Positions 44,951 through 53,655 of a stretch of 64,000 nt of DNA are shown here, in pieces (positions within the stretch are counted from its first letter, which is position 1; every line of letters begins with the position of its first letter). A model generated the notes under the pieces. The model made no database searches and had not been told where the DNA came from. It was given only the letters and a program-made list of their open reading frames with translations. This DNA is from Planctomycetota bacterium. Lineage in GTDB: Bacteria; Planctomycetota; SZUA-567; JAFGGJ01. The DNA lies in assembly GCA_016930595.1 (NCBI GenBank), contig JAFGGJ010000042.1, positions 51,517 through 115,516 on the forward strand, in the 5' to 3' direction. A program made the position numbers and the translations under genes.

Positions 44951-45826
44951 TCATGTCGGTTTCAGGTGTTTTACAAGGGCTTCCTGCAGGGCGGCGAAAT
45001 CGGCCGGCGAGAAGAACTCCAGCGAAAGCCGCCCCTTTTCCTTACCTTCTTTCCCATATGCCTGGATCCAGACGCGGCGGCCGAGTTTCCCGGTCAATTC
45101 CGCCGCCAGTGCGCTGTACGGCCCCGGAGACCGCGTGCTCCTCCGCGCCCGCTGCCTGGGCTGGGCGAGCTGCTCGACGAGAGCGTTCAGCTCGCGGACG
45201 GTAAGTTTCTCCTTGACGGCGCGTATCGCCAGCGCTTCCTGCAGTCTGGTGTCTTTCAGCGACAGCAGGCTCCTGGCGTGCATGGTGCTCAACAGCCCCT
45301 GAGCAAGCATGTCGCGCACGGAGGCCGGGAGTTTCAACAGCCTGAGAGTATTGGCCACGTGGCTCCTGCTCTTGCTGACGAGGTCCGCGAGCGCCGCCTG
45401 GGAAAGCTCGAACTCGGTTCCAAGCCGGTCGTAAGCGGCGGCTTCTTCCAGGATGTTGAGATCGTCGCGGTGGAGGTTTTCCAATAGGGCGAGTATAAGC
45501 ATGTCTTTATCGGACGTTGCACGTATGACGGCAGGAACTTCCTTCAACCCCGCCATTTCGGCGGCCCGCAGCCTGCGCTCCCCGGCGACCACCACGTATT
45601 CACCGGAACGCTCGGTAATCACGATAGGCTGCAGAATGCCGGACGTCTTTATGGACTGCGCCAGCTCCGCAAGCGATTCCGCCGGGAAGCTGCTGCGCGG
45701 CTGAAAAGGGTTCGCCTTCAACTGCGCCGTGGCGATGTACGAGATGCTTTCGCTTCCGCCGGCAGGTTTCTTTCCAAGCAACGCTTCCAGTCCTCTGGGT
45801 ATGTTCGCCATGCCCGGCCCTTTCAT
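44951..45826 (-). CDS. parB: Chromosome partitioning protein ParB (Spo0J)
   Basis: 291 aa. N-terminal RGLEALLG box. GERRLRAA ParB box II (VVVAGERRLRAAEMAGL). HTH region (LSQAALADLVSKSRSHVANTLRLLKLP). No parA adjacent in this window. Confidence 0.85.
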   Translation of the reverse strand: MKGPGMANIPRGLEALLGKKPAGGSESISYIATAQLKANPFQPRSSFPAESLAELAQSIKTSGILQPIVITERSGEYVVVAGERRLRAAEMAGLKEVPAVIRATSDKDMLILALLENLHRDDLNILEEAAAYDRLGTEFELSQAALADLVSKSRSHVANTLRLLKLPASVRDMLAQGLLSTMHARSLLSLKDTRLQEALAIRAVKEKLTVRELNALVEQLAQPRQRARRSTRSPGPYSALAAELTGKLGRRVWIQAYGKEGKEKGRLSLEFFSPADFAALQEALVKHLKPT

Positions 45827-45924
45827 GAGGAAGTACCTTTACATATCCCTAATTATAGCAAAAGCATCCAAAGATTCTTGAAAAAACCGCGTCTGTTGAT
45901 ATATAGTTTTTTCTGTCCTGTGGG

Positions 45925-46227
45925 TTGTTCGCCTGCAGCGGGGAGGCCGGTTTAGTGCAGGTCTGCATAAAAATCACCTATGACGGTTACGTGCAGGGCG
46001 TGGGCTTCAGGTACCGGGCGACGCAGATCGCCCGGGAATACGCCGTGAGCGGCTACGTCAAGAACCTGCCCGACGGCAAGGTGGAAATAGTCGTCGGGGG
46101 TGACAAGAAGGAAGTCAAGGCGTTTCTGGATCGCCTGTATGAGAGCATGTCGCAACATATTACGGATTCCACCGAGATCGAACTTCCTGCAAATTCCACG
46201 TTCTCCGGATTCGGGATACGCTACTGA
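45925..46227 (+). CDS. acyP: Acylphosphatase
   Basis: V-x-G-x-V-Q-G-V-x-F-R signature (YDGYVQGVGFRYRATQIA) and GYVKNLPDGKVEIVVGG. The true start may be the internal GTG about 10 codons downstream. Confidence 0.75.
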   Translation: MFACSGEAGLVQVCIKITYDGYVQGVGFRYRATQIAREYAVSGYVKNLPDGKVEIVVGGDKKEVKAFLDRLYESMSQHITDSTEIELPANSTFSGFGIRY

Positions 46228-47108
46228 TGAACCATCGCGCTCTGCCGTTCCATTGTGCCGGCATGGAAGTACGCTCCTGGCTTGCGTCCGGCCGGTTGTT
46301 CTACATGGCCGTTGCGTGCATGGCGTCGGTCGCCGCGGGCCCGCTGCTGGTTTCCTTCACGCTGGGAGCGGATGAAATCGTCTACACGGACGTCGTGCTG
46401 TCTTCGGTGTGGCTGGTCGCGATAGGCTGCACCATACTGCTCGGCAGCAGTTCGACGGCGGCAGACGTGGAATCCAGGCGCCTGGTACTTATCAACGTGT
46501 CCGGCATGTCCGGGCGCGGCATACTGACGGGCAAGCTGCTGGCGATCACCCTGGCCGGAACCTGTTTCTGGACCGTGGCGGCGGCGACCGCCCTGGGCGT
46601 GGCGGGCGGGGGAGGGGGCGTAAGCGCGGCGGGGTGGGCGCTGGGCGCTCTGACGGCGATACTGTGCGCGGGGACCTGGAGCGGCCGCCGCCACGTCTTC
46701 GTTTTCGCCGCGGGTACGGTCTGCGCCGGCGCGGCGGCATGCTGCCTGCTGTTCCTGCTGCCGCTGACGGCGGACGCCCGCGCACTGTGCCTGGTTCTGC
46801 CGATGGCCTGGACTTTCGGCGCCGTGGCCGTTTTTGCGGGGACGCGGCTCAGGCTGCCGTCGGCGCTGCTTGCTTCCCTTGCGGCGTGGATCGTTTTGTT
46901 TATACTGCAAGGGTATTCACGTGGCGGTGGGGCGGCGGCACGCATCGCCCGGGGCGTTCCGGTGATGGACATTGCCTCCGGTACGTGGGCGTCCGCGGGT
47001 TCGGCCGGGACAATATTGGTTTTTGGCGCGATGTGCTGTTCGACGGTATGTATAATGCTTCTTGTCTGGCTGTGGGGAGGGCTCGCTCTGGAACATGGAA
47101 ACGCCTGA
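46227..47108 (+). CDS. Hypothetical polytopic membrane protein
   Basis: ATG overlaps the acyP stop (TGATG). 293 aa with at least 7 hydrophobic segments. No motif recognised. The antisense ORF here is Arg-rich junk, which supports this frame. Confidence 0.4.
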   Translation: MNHRALPFHCAGMEVRSWLASGRLFYMAVACMASVAAGPLLVSFTLGADEIVYTDVVLSSVWLVAIGCTILLGSSSTAADVESRRLVLINVSGMSGRGILTGKLLAITLAGTCFWTVAAATALGVAGGGGGVSAAGWALGALTAILCAGTWSGRRHVFVFAAGTVCAGAAACCLLFLLPLTADARALCLVLPMAWTFGAVAVFAGTRLRLPSALLASLAAWIVLFILQGYSRGGGAAARIARGVPVMDIASGTWASAGSAGTILVFGAMCCSTVCIMLLVWLWGGLALEHGNA

Positions 47109-47122
47109 GAGAGGCGCACCGG

Positions 47123-47845
47123 GTGAAATACGCGTTCATAGCGGACATCCACGGCAACTACGAAGCGCTCAAAGCGGTAATGGGCGCCCTGCGCTATGAC
47201 AGTCCGGACATCAAGGTCTGCCTGGGCGACGTCGTCGGCTACGGTCCGGAGCCGGTGGAGTGCATTTCCACGGTTATCGAGGAAGGATTTTTCTGCCTGG
47301 CGGGGAACCATGACCACGGGGTGGCGGGCCGGGTCGACGAAAGCGTGTTCAACTATTTCGCCCGGGAAGCCCTTCTGTGGACGCGGGCACAGCTTTCCAA
47401 CGAACAGATAACTTACCTTGCGAACCTGGGTTACGTTGCGCACTTCCCCGGGCTGTCGGCCGCCCACGGGTCTCTGCACGGGCCCGAGCTTTTCAACTAC
47501 ATCCAGACGCTGTTCGACGCCGAGCTGTCCTTTGAAGCGCTGGACAAGAAGATCTTCTTCTACGGCCATACACACGTGCCGATGGTGTTTTTCAACACCA
47601 CGCCGATGACGTACACCATGAGCGGAGACATCGAAGTATCGAAGAACCACCGCTGCCTGGTGAACATCGGCTCGGTCGGCCAGCCCAGGGACGAAGACCC
47701 CAGGGCATGTTACTGCATCTACGACACCGAAGAAGAACGGGTCTTTTTCCGCAGGGTGCCTTACAACGTCCAGGCCACGGCCCGCAAGATCATCGACGCC
47801 GGCCTGCCGGAAGCGTTGGCCATAAGGATCGAACTCGGCAAGTAG
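47123..47845 (+). CDS. Metallophosphoesterase (YfcE/MJ0936-like phosphodiesterase)
   Basis: GTG at 47123 (VKYAFIADIHGNYEAL...). Motifs DIHGN, GDVVGYG, GNHD and GHTH. The 5' part of the long track ORF 46409..47845 overlaps another gene and is rejected. Confidence 0.75.
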   Translation: MKYAFIADIHGNYEALKAVMGALRYDSPDIKVCLGDVVGYGPEPVECISTVIEEGFFCLAGNHDHGVAGRVDESVFNYFAREALLWTRAQLSNEQITYLANLGYVAHFPGLSAAHGSLHGPELFNYIQTLFDAELSFEALDKKIFFYGHTHVPMVFFNTTPMTYTMSGDIEVSKNHRCLVNIGSVGQPRDEDPRACYCIYDTEEERVFFRRVPYNVQATARKIIDAGLPEALAIRIELGK

Positions 47846-47856
47846 CCGCCCCGGCG

Positions 47857-48426
47857 CTATTCGTGCTTCGTGACCGTCATTTCGTACGTGGCGGCCGGGT
47901 TGCCGGCGACGTCGGTTGCATCTATGACTATCGCCGTGGTACCGGACAGTTCGACGGGCACGACGACTTCCTGCTCCGCCCCGACGGCAACGGTTTCTCC
48001 GTTGACGATCACTTGGTCAACGGGGCCGTCGGCGACCGTTATCTCGATATCCACGCCTTCCAGCAGGACGCACGGCTCAGGGCTCGACGTCACCGTTACT
48101 GCAACGGATGCTCCGGCGCTCCCGCCGTCGTTATCGACCGCCCATACTTCAACAGTGTAGACGCCCGCGGCGGCATAGGCGTGCGATGCGCCCGGCAGGG
48201 AAGTGACCAGAGTCGTCCCGTCGCCGAAGTCCCACTCGTAACGGCCGACCGTCCCGTCGGGGTCTGCGGCCACCGCGGTGAAAGTGACGGGTGCTCCGGC
48301 GCATACGAAGACGTAATCGGCGCTCACCGCGACGGCCGGCGTCCGGTTCGTTACCCTCAGGCCGCAGCCCGGCACGACGGCCAGGCATGCGGCGGCGATC
48401 ATCGCCGGTATTCTTCGCGGCGTCAT
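47857..48426 (-). CDS. PKD-domain lipoprotein
   Basis: Lipobox LAVVPGCG. PKD signature YEWDFGDGTT...HAYAAAGVYTVEVWAVDNDG. Start overlaps the stop of the upstream metalloprotease (4-nt overlap). Confidence 0.7.
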   Translation of the reverse strand: MTPRRIPAMIAAACLAVVPGCGLRVTNRTPAVAVSADYVFVCAGAPVTFTAVAADPDGTVGRYEWDFGDGTTLVTSLPGASHAYAAAGVYTVEVWAVDNDGGSAGASVAVTVTSSPEPCVLLEGVDIEITVADGPVDQVIVNGETVAVGAEQEVVVPVELSGTTAIVIDATDVAGNPAATYEMTVTKHE

Positions 48427-51400
48427 GGCGATGCCACCTCCAGCGTCGCCACGTGCGGCGGCCTTACGCCGTCGTCCACCGTAATGGTATAGACGGTTCC
48501 GCCTGACGGCACGGTGAGCCGCGCCGAAAACATTCCGCCCGTCACCGGAAAGTCCGTGCCGTCGATATTGACGGCGGCCACCGACGGCGTATCGACCCTT
48601 CCGCGCAGAGTGAACGCCCCGACCGCCACCTGCGGCGGGAAGGCGTCGTCAATGATGGAAATGTCGATTTCCGTGGAATCCACGGCTCCCCAGGCGTCCC
48701 TGGCCAGGAACATCACCTTGTATTCGCCCGCCGCCGAATAGGTATGCAGGGGATCTGGCTCGTCCGCAACCCCACCGTCCCCGAAGTACCACAAAACGCC
48801 GGCCATGGCGCCTTCGGGGTCGCTGGTCCCCGCGGACGTGAAAGCAATTTCCGCGTCCGGGGGGATCGCCGCAGTGACGGGGCTGGCGGCGGCCGAGGCC
48901 GACGGGGCGCCGTTCGGCAGGAGCGTTATCGCGGCACTTGACGCACCCATGTTCCCGTCGGCGTCGAGGACGTATGCGTAAACAGTATGGCCGCCGGCGC
49001 CGGGGTCGAGGATGAAGAAATCGTGCGGCAGCCAGCTTCCCGCGGCCAGCACTTCGGCCGGCGCCGGCGGGGCGGGATTTTCGGTAAGGTGCCAGCGGAC
49101 GATGCCGGTCTCGCCGTCATGCGCCTGCATCTCGACGGCCACCATGCGCGATACCGTCTGGCCGGCGAGGCGCGTATCCAGCGCCCGCAGGACGAAGGAA
49201 TCGATCACCGGAGGGTTGCCGTCGGCCGGCACCGGCTCATCGATGTACAGCGACCCCAGGTAATACGCTTCCGCCCCGACGGGATAGTTGCGCTCGACGG
49301 CCTCCATGCTTTCGTCGACCACGTTGCGCACGGCAAGACAGGTTTCGAAGGGGAAATCGTCCGGCCACGTGTAGCCGCTGAAAAGCACCGCCAGGAACGC
49401 GTCGAAATGCGACAGCAGGAACGTCCTGCCGCCGAGCCACTCCACGCCGTCGGGGGCGAACGACGCCGTGGACGCGAAAGTGTCCGCGCCCACGCGGTAG
49501 TTGTCGGGGACCGCGGCCCCCAGCACGGGAGCGGTGTAGGCCACGAGGGTCTCCGTGTGGCTGCGCTGGCGTATGGACTGCACGGTGACATCGCCATCGG
49601 CGCCGGCGGTGAAGACGATATCCTGCGCTCCGGGATAGACGGTGTTCTCGCCGGTCCGGTCCGTTATGCTTACGCCGGACACGGTCAAGGTGTAACTTGC
49701 GCCCGGCGACATCGGCTGCGTCTTCAGTATGTACTTGCGCCCGGTGCACACCGCAACCGAGCCGACGCCGGTCGCCGGCGCCACGGAGTAGGCCCCGGTC
49801 TGCCCGGCGCCGTTCACGTCTTCCGAGAATTCCACCACGATGGAATCCGCCGTGTGCGAGTACGCCCCGGTCACGAAAGGCGGAATGCTGTCCAGGATTA
49901 TCGACGCGGAGTAGGGGCCCCCGATGTTGTCCTCGGTATCCATCACCCAGGCGTAGACGTCGCGCTGTCCCTGCGTGGCAGCGGTCATGTAGACCCGCGG
50001 AGGCTCTGGGCCGCCGTCGGCCGCCATCGCCGCCGCGTCCGGCACGAACGAAGCGCTTTCCGTCAGCAGGTAGTATGCTACTGACGTATGGTAGTCGTGC
50101 GCCGCGAGGTCCACGCCCACCAGCGGCCAGTCGGTTATCGCGGCGGATGCGGTCGTGAGGTCGTAGAGGACGAACGTGTCCACCACCGGCTCTGCCGGCG
50201 AGAACGTCACCGTGATGGAATCGGGCGCGGACGTGTTCCCGCTGGCGTCCAGGGCCGTCACCGAAAAGTGATTCTCCCCGGGAGCCTCCAGGGTCGTCGA
50301 ATACGACCACGCGGTGTCGCCGAACGCGAACGCCGCCACTCCTTCCGTCGAACCGTTCACCCGGAGTTCCCAGGTGTCGGCCGCCATCGTGCCGGCCAGA
50401 ACCAGCGCCGCGTCAGCCGTGGTGAAGTCCGCTCCGCCGTTCGTGGTTATGACCGGCGGCGCCGGTGCGACCGTGTCTGGGTACACGGCGGACACTCCGT
50501 CGATATCGTCCTGCGCCAGCACTTCCGAGCCGGGGTGATACTGGTACCACATCGTGGCTTCGGGGTGGTCGGGGGGGTGGCCGAGGCCGAGCAAGTGGCC
50601 TATTTCGTGCGTCGCCACACCTTCCAGGTCCTGGGTCCCGCCTTCGCCGAGAGCGCGCCAGGCGTAATCCTGGTCGTTGAATATGATGTCCGCGTCCAGC
50701 AGCCGGCCGTTCACGGCATTAGCCCAGTAGGCGCAGACGCCCAGCGTCCCAGGAGACATGTAGCCGGAAGAATTGTCGCCGTCCCAGTAGACGATGTTCA
50801 GGCCGTCGTTACCGTCGTTTTCATAAGGAGGAGCTCCGCCGTACGTGAACGCTATCGTCGCCGTCGGCACTTCCTCCCACGTGTCGAACGCCGACTGCAC
50901 CGCCGCCAGTTCATCGAGGCAGTCCGAAGTCGCGTCCGGTTCCATCAGCCATTCCACCGGCACGTCGTACGACGCCCAGTAGACTTCGTGTCCGCTGATG
51001 ACTTCTCTGACGTACCCGCAGGCTCCCGCCGCAGCGAGACCGAGCACTGCGGCGACAGCGGCGGCCCGCGGCTTGTGCGCGCGTAAGCCGGCCGCCGCAG
51101 CCACGGCCGCCGCAACAAGAAGAAGCAGCGCTCCATGAAAGAGCCCGGCGGCCGCAGCGTTCATTCCGTCCGGCAGCGACACGCCGGCGGGCGGGCCCGT
51201 CCCGCCGTCCGCTCCCCCGGCATGCAGCACGGTTCCGCCGGCGGGGTCGGGACTTTTCGCTTTTCCGGGATTATGCACTTCATCCCGCAAGAAACGCCTG
51301 AGCTCCGCGAGTTCCACGGCGTCCGGCATTGCTATTGCTGTTCCGGCAGCAGCCGTTCCCGGACCGTGGACGGCGGCAGGGCCGCCGGATACCGTGCCGG

Positions 51401-51839
51401 CGGGTTGCTTCCTCCGGGCCAGCCGTCTTCCCCCTGCGGCAACAACGCTGTAATATCCCTGGGAAAAACCCAGCACTGCCATCTTGCCGCTCTTCGGCCC
51501 GCGCAGGAACAGGACGACTTCCTCCCCCGCGGCGAACCGAGGCGCCCCCGGCACCACGTAATGCACCTGTCCCGCCCGGCCGCCCGGCACTGCCACTTCC
51601 ACCGTGTTACCCGCGGCCGCCGCGCCCTTGTGCGAAGCGCCGACCAGGACTCTCACGAATTGCATCGGCCTGCCGCGGCCGTCGAAGCCGCTCCTGATCC
51701 CGACCACCCGGCCTTCGACTATCGTACTGCTCTCCCGCACCATCTCCGCCGCGGAAAGGGGCAATATCGTCACGGCATGCGCGCGGAACGCCGCCAAAGC
51801 GGCAACGAATATTGCGGGCACGACTGTTCCCCGGCGCAA
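48423..51839 (-). CDS. Large secreted/membrane-associated metzincin metalloprotease (HEIGHLLGLGH) with N-terminal pro-domain-like region, hydrophobic anchor, multiple Big/Ig-like domains and a PKD domain
   Basis: TTG start at 51839 preceded by GAGGAGG. 1138 aa. N-terminal signal, then a 200-aa domain. Hydrophobic stretch LFHGALLLLVAAAVAAAAGL and lipobox-like LGLAAAGAC. Zincin motif VATHEIGHLLGLGHPPDHPEATMWY (HExxHxxGxxH plus Met-turn). C-terminal PKD-like LWYFGDGGVADEPDPLHTYSAAGEYKV. Confidence 0.75.
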   Translation of the reverse strand: MRRGTVVPAIFVAALAAFRAHAVTILPLSAAEMVRESSTIVEGRVVGIRSGFDGRGRPMQFVRVLVGASHKGAAAAGNTVEVAVPGGRAGQVHYVVPGAPRFAAGEEVVLFLRGPKSGKMAVLGFSQGYYSVVAAGGRRLARRKQPAGTVSGGPAAVHGPGTAAAGTAIAMPDAVELAELRRFLRDEVHNPGKAKSPDPAGGTVLHAGGADGGTGPPAGVSLPDGMNAAAAGLFHGALLLLVAAAVAAAAGLRAHKPRAAAVAAVLGLAAAGACGYVREVISGHEVYWASYDVPVEWLMEPDATSDCLDELAAVQSAFDTWEEVPTATIAFTYGGAPPYENDGNDGLNIVYWDGDNSSGYMSPGTLGVCAYWANAVNGRLLDADIIFNDQDYAWRALGEGGTQDLEGVATHEIGHLLGLGHPPDHPEATMWYQYHPGSEVLAQDDIDGVSAVYPDTVAPAPPVITTNGGADFTTADAALVLAGTMAADTWELRVNGSTEGVAAFAFGDTAWSYSTTLEAPGENHFSVTALDASGNTSAPDSITVTFSPAEPVVDTFVLYDLTTASAAITDWPLVGVDLAAHDYHTSVAYYLLTESASFVPDAAAMAADGGPEPPRVYMTAATQGQRDVYAWVMDTEDNIGGPYSASIILDSIPPFVTGAYSHTADSIVVEFSEDVNGAGQTGAYSVAPATGVGSVAVCTGRKYILKTQPMSPGASYTLTVSGVSITDRTGENTVYPGAQDIVFTAGADGDVTVQSIRQRSHTETLVAYTAPVLGAAVPDNYRVGADTFASTASFAPDGVEWLGGRTFLLSHFDAFLAVLFSGYTWPDDFPFETCLAVRNVVDESMEAVERNYPVGAEAYYLGSLYIDEPVPADGNPPVIDSFVLRALDTRLAGQTVSRMVAVEMQAHDGETGIVRWHLTENPAPPAPAEVLAAGSWLPHDFFILDPGAGGHTVYAYVLDADGNMGASSAAITLLPNGAPSASAAASPVTAAIPPDAEIAFTSAGTSDPEGAMAGVLWYFGDGGVADEPDPLHTYSAAGEYKVMFLARDAWGAVDSTEIDISIIDDAFPPQVAVGAFTLRGRVDTPSVAAVNIDGTDFPVTGGMFSARLTVPSGGTVYTITVDDGVRPPHVATLEVASP

Positions 51840-51892
51840 CGGAACCTCCTCGACGCGGTCTTCCGGTTGTTTCGCCGTCGGCGTTCATCCGC

Positions 51893-51903
51893 CGTCCAGT
51901 CTT
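51893..51903 (-). promoter_or_regulatory. Candidate extended -10 element (TGGTATAAT on minus strand) upstream of the metalloprotease gene
   Basis: Minus-strand read ...gggtGGTATAATaagactgg lies about 55 nt upstream of the TTG start. No convincing GG-N10-GC sigma-54 element in this gap. Coordinates approximate. Confidence 0.3.
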
Positions 51904-51978
51904 ATTATACCACCCGGAAGCCCGCCGTGCCCTCCTGCGGGGATGGAAGCGTTTCCGTTCGGAACAAGCATTCCTCCA

Positions 51979-53439
51979 TCAGGAAGAGCCGGGGCCTTTG
52001 GCGCCGCCCCTGCTCCTTTTCCGCCCGGGCGGCCTGTCCGGCGAAACTCCGTAGTCCCTCAGCTTGCGGTAGAGCGTCGCCCGGTTTATTCCGAGGACCC
52101 GCGCCGCCCGCGACTTGTCGCCTCCCGCCGCCGCCACGGTCCTCAGCACCGCAATGCGCTCTATTTCCTCCAGCGTCAGCAGCGGGAACTCCGCCTTCAC
52201 CCCGGCCGCGGGAGCGGTCCCGTAATTGTCACCAATGGTCACCACCTGCCGTGGCAGGTCGTCCAGGCCGACGATGTCGTCCGTGGAAAGCGCCACCACG
52301 CGTTCCATGGCGTTTTCCAACTCCCTGACGTTACCCGGCCACGAATACGACTCCAGCGCGTGCATGGCCGCCGGCGTAAAGCCGCGTATGCCGCTGTCGC
52401 CGCGTTTCACCGCCAGAAAGTACTCGGCGTATTCGGACACGTCCTCCACGCGTTTCCGCAGCGGCGGTATGTCTATGTGCACCACGTTAAGGCGGTAGTA
52501 AAGATCCCTGCGAAACCGGCCGGCCGCCACTTCCGCTTCCAGATCCCGGTTCGTTGCGGCGATTATCCGCACGTCCACCTTGCGGACATCCTCCCCGCCT
52601 ATGGGCCGCACCTCGAGCGACTCTATCGCACGCAGTAGTTTCGGCTGAAGCTCCAGCGGCATTTCCGCTATCTCGTCCAGGAACAGCGTCCCCCCGTGGG
52701 CCGCCGTGAACAGCCCTGCCTTATCCCTGTCCGCCCCGGTGAAAGCCCCTTTCCTGTGCCCGAACAGTTCGCTCTCCGCCAGCCCCGCGGGAATGCCGGC
52801 GGCGTTCAGGGCGATAAACGGCCCCGTCCCCTTGGGGCTGGTCACGTGCAGCGCCCGCGCCACCAGCTCCTTGCCGGTACCGCTTTCCCCGGTTACCAGG
52901 ACGTTCGCCGTGCTTTCCGACAGCTGCCGGATCTGCTCCCTTATCCTGCGCATCTGCACCGACTGCCCACGGATAGCTTCGACCCCCCATTTGTCATTCA
53001 GCATGTTCAGCAAGTGCCTGTTCTGCCTGACAAGCGAGCGTTTTTCCCCTATGTTCGAGAGTGTCTTGGCCAGTTCGTCCGGCAGGAGCGGTTTTGTAAT
53101 GTATTCGGTCGCGCCCAGTTTCATGGCTTCCACAGCGAGCGGTATCGAGCCGTGGGACGTCACCATAACCACGTCCGCCCCGGCGTACATGGACCGCAGT
53201 TTCTTCAGGACTTCGATCCCGTCCCCATCCGGCAGGCGATAATCGAGCAGCACCACGTCGACAGAAGTCCCGTCCATCCGTTTCAGTGCTTCAGCTCCGT
53301 CGCCGGCGGTCAGCACTTCGTAGCCGCGCGCCCGCAGGTCTTTGCACACCAGGTCACGAAAATCCCTGTCGTCGTCGACCACCAGGACGGTTACCGCCCC
53401 GTGGTCTGCCTCAATGCTCGGCACCGGTTGGCTCCTCAT
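51979..53439 (-). CDS. Sigma-54-dependent two-component response regulator (NtrC family)
   Basis: 486 aa. Receiver (VLVVDDDRDFRDLV...VVLLDYRLPDGDG). AAA+ sigma-54 activator (VLVTGESGTGKELVARALH, GAFTGA, ESELFGH). C-terminal Fis-type HTH (AARVLGINRATLYRKL). Confidence 0.85.
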   Translation of the reverse strand: MRSQPVPSIEADHGAVTVLVVDDDRDFRDLVCKDLRARGYEVLTAGDGAEALKRMDGTSVDVVLLDYRLPDGDGIEVLKKLRSMYAGADVVMVTSHGSIPLAVEAMKLGATEYITKPLLPDELAKTLSNIGEKRSLVRQNRHLLNMLNDKWGVEAIRGQSVQMRRIREQIRQLSESTANVLVTGESGTGKELVARALHVTSPKGTGPFIALNAAGIPAGLAESELFGHRKGAFTGADRDKAGLFTAAHGGTLFLDEIAEMPLELQPKLLRAIESLEVRPIGGEDVRKVDVRIIAATNRDLEAEVAAGRFRRDLYYRLNVVHIDIPPLRKRVEDVSEYAEYFLAVKRGDSGIRGFTPAAMHALESYSWPGNVRELENAMERVVALSTDDIVGLDDLPRQVVTIGDNYGTAPAAGVKAEFPLLTLEEIERIAVLRTVAAAGGDKSRAARVLGINRATLYRKLRDYGVSPDRPPGRKRSRGGAKGPGSS

Positions 53440-53655
53440 GGTCGCCTGATATCGTCAGCCCGCCTTCTCCGCCGCGCCGTACGGCAGCATTTCCTTCCCC
53501 CCGGAATCTTCCCCGGCGCCGGTCCATCCCGGCCCGGATTGTATTCGATAGTATTTATTATTAGTGTTCAGTCCGGTATGTCAACCTGCTTATTCTGTCG
53601 GCCTTACGGGGGCGGCCGGCCGATGCGGGGCGGTTCCCCGCCCGCGTCGCGTTTC

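Noticed and set aside
46409-47122. Upstream 238 codons of long ORF 46409..47845
   Set aside because: Gly/Arg-rich and out of frame with the membrane-protein gene it overlaps. The phosphoesterase domain begins at VKYAFIADIHGN (47123).
51100-51250. Possible second gene start (MNAAAAGLFHG...LGLAAAGAC lipobox) inside the metalloprotease ORF
   Set aside because: No in-frame stop separates the parts, so it is kept as one CDS. Flagged in findings as a possible fusion or assembly issue rather than annotated separately.
53440-53655. Small GC hairpin (GGGCGG TTCC CCGCCC) and a TTGACA-N15-TAATAAT-like element between the NtrC-like gene and the downstream secreted-protein gene
   Set aside because: The stem is only 6 bp with no T-run, so it is not called a terminator. 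The promoter-like element for the regulator gene is plausible but weak and is not listed as a feature.
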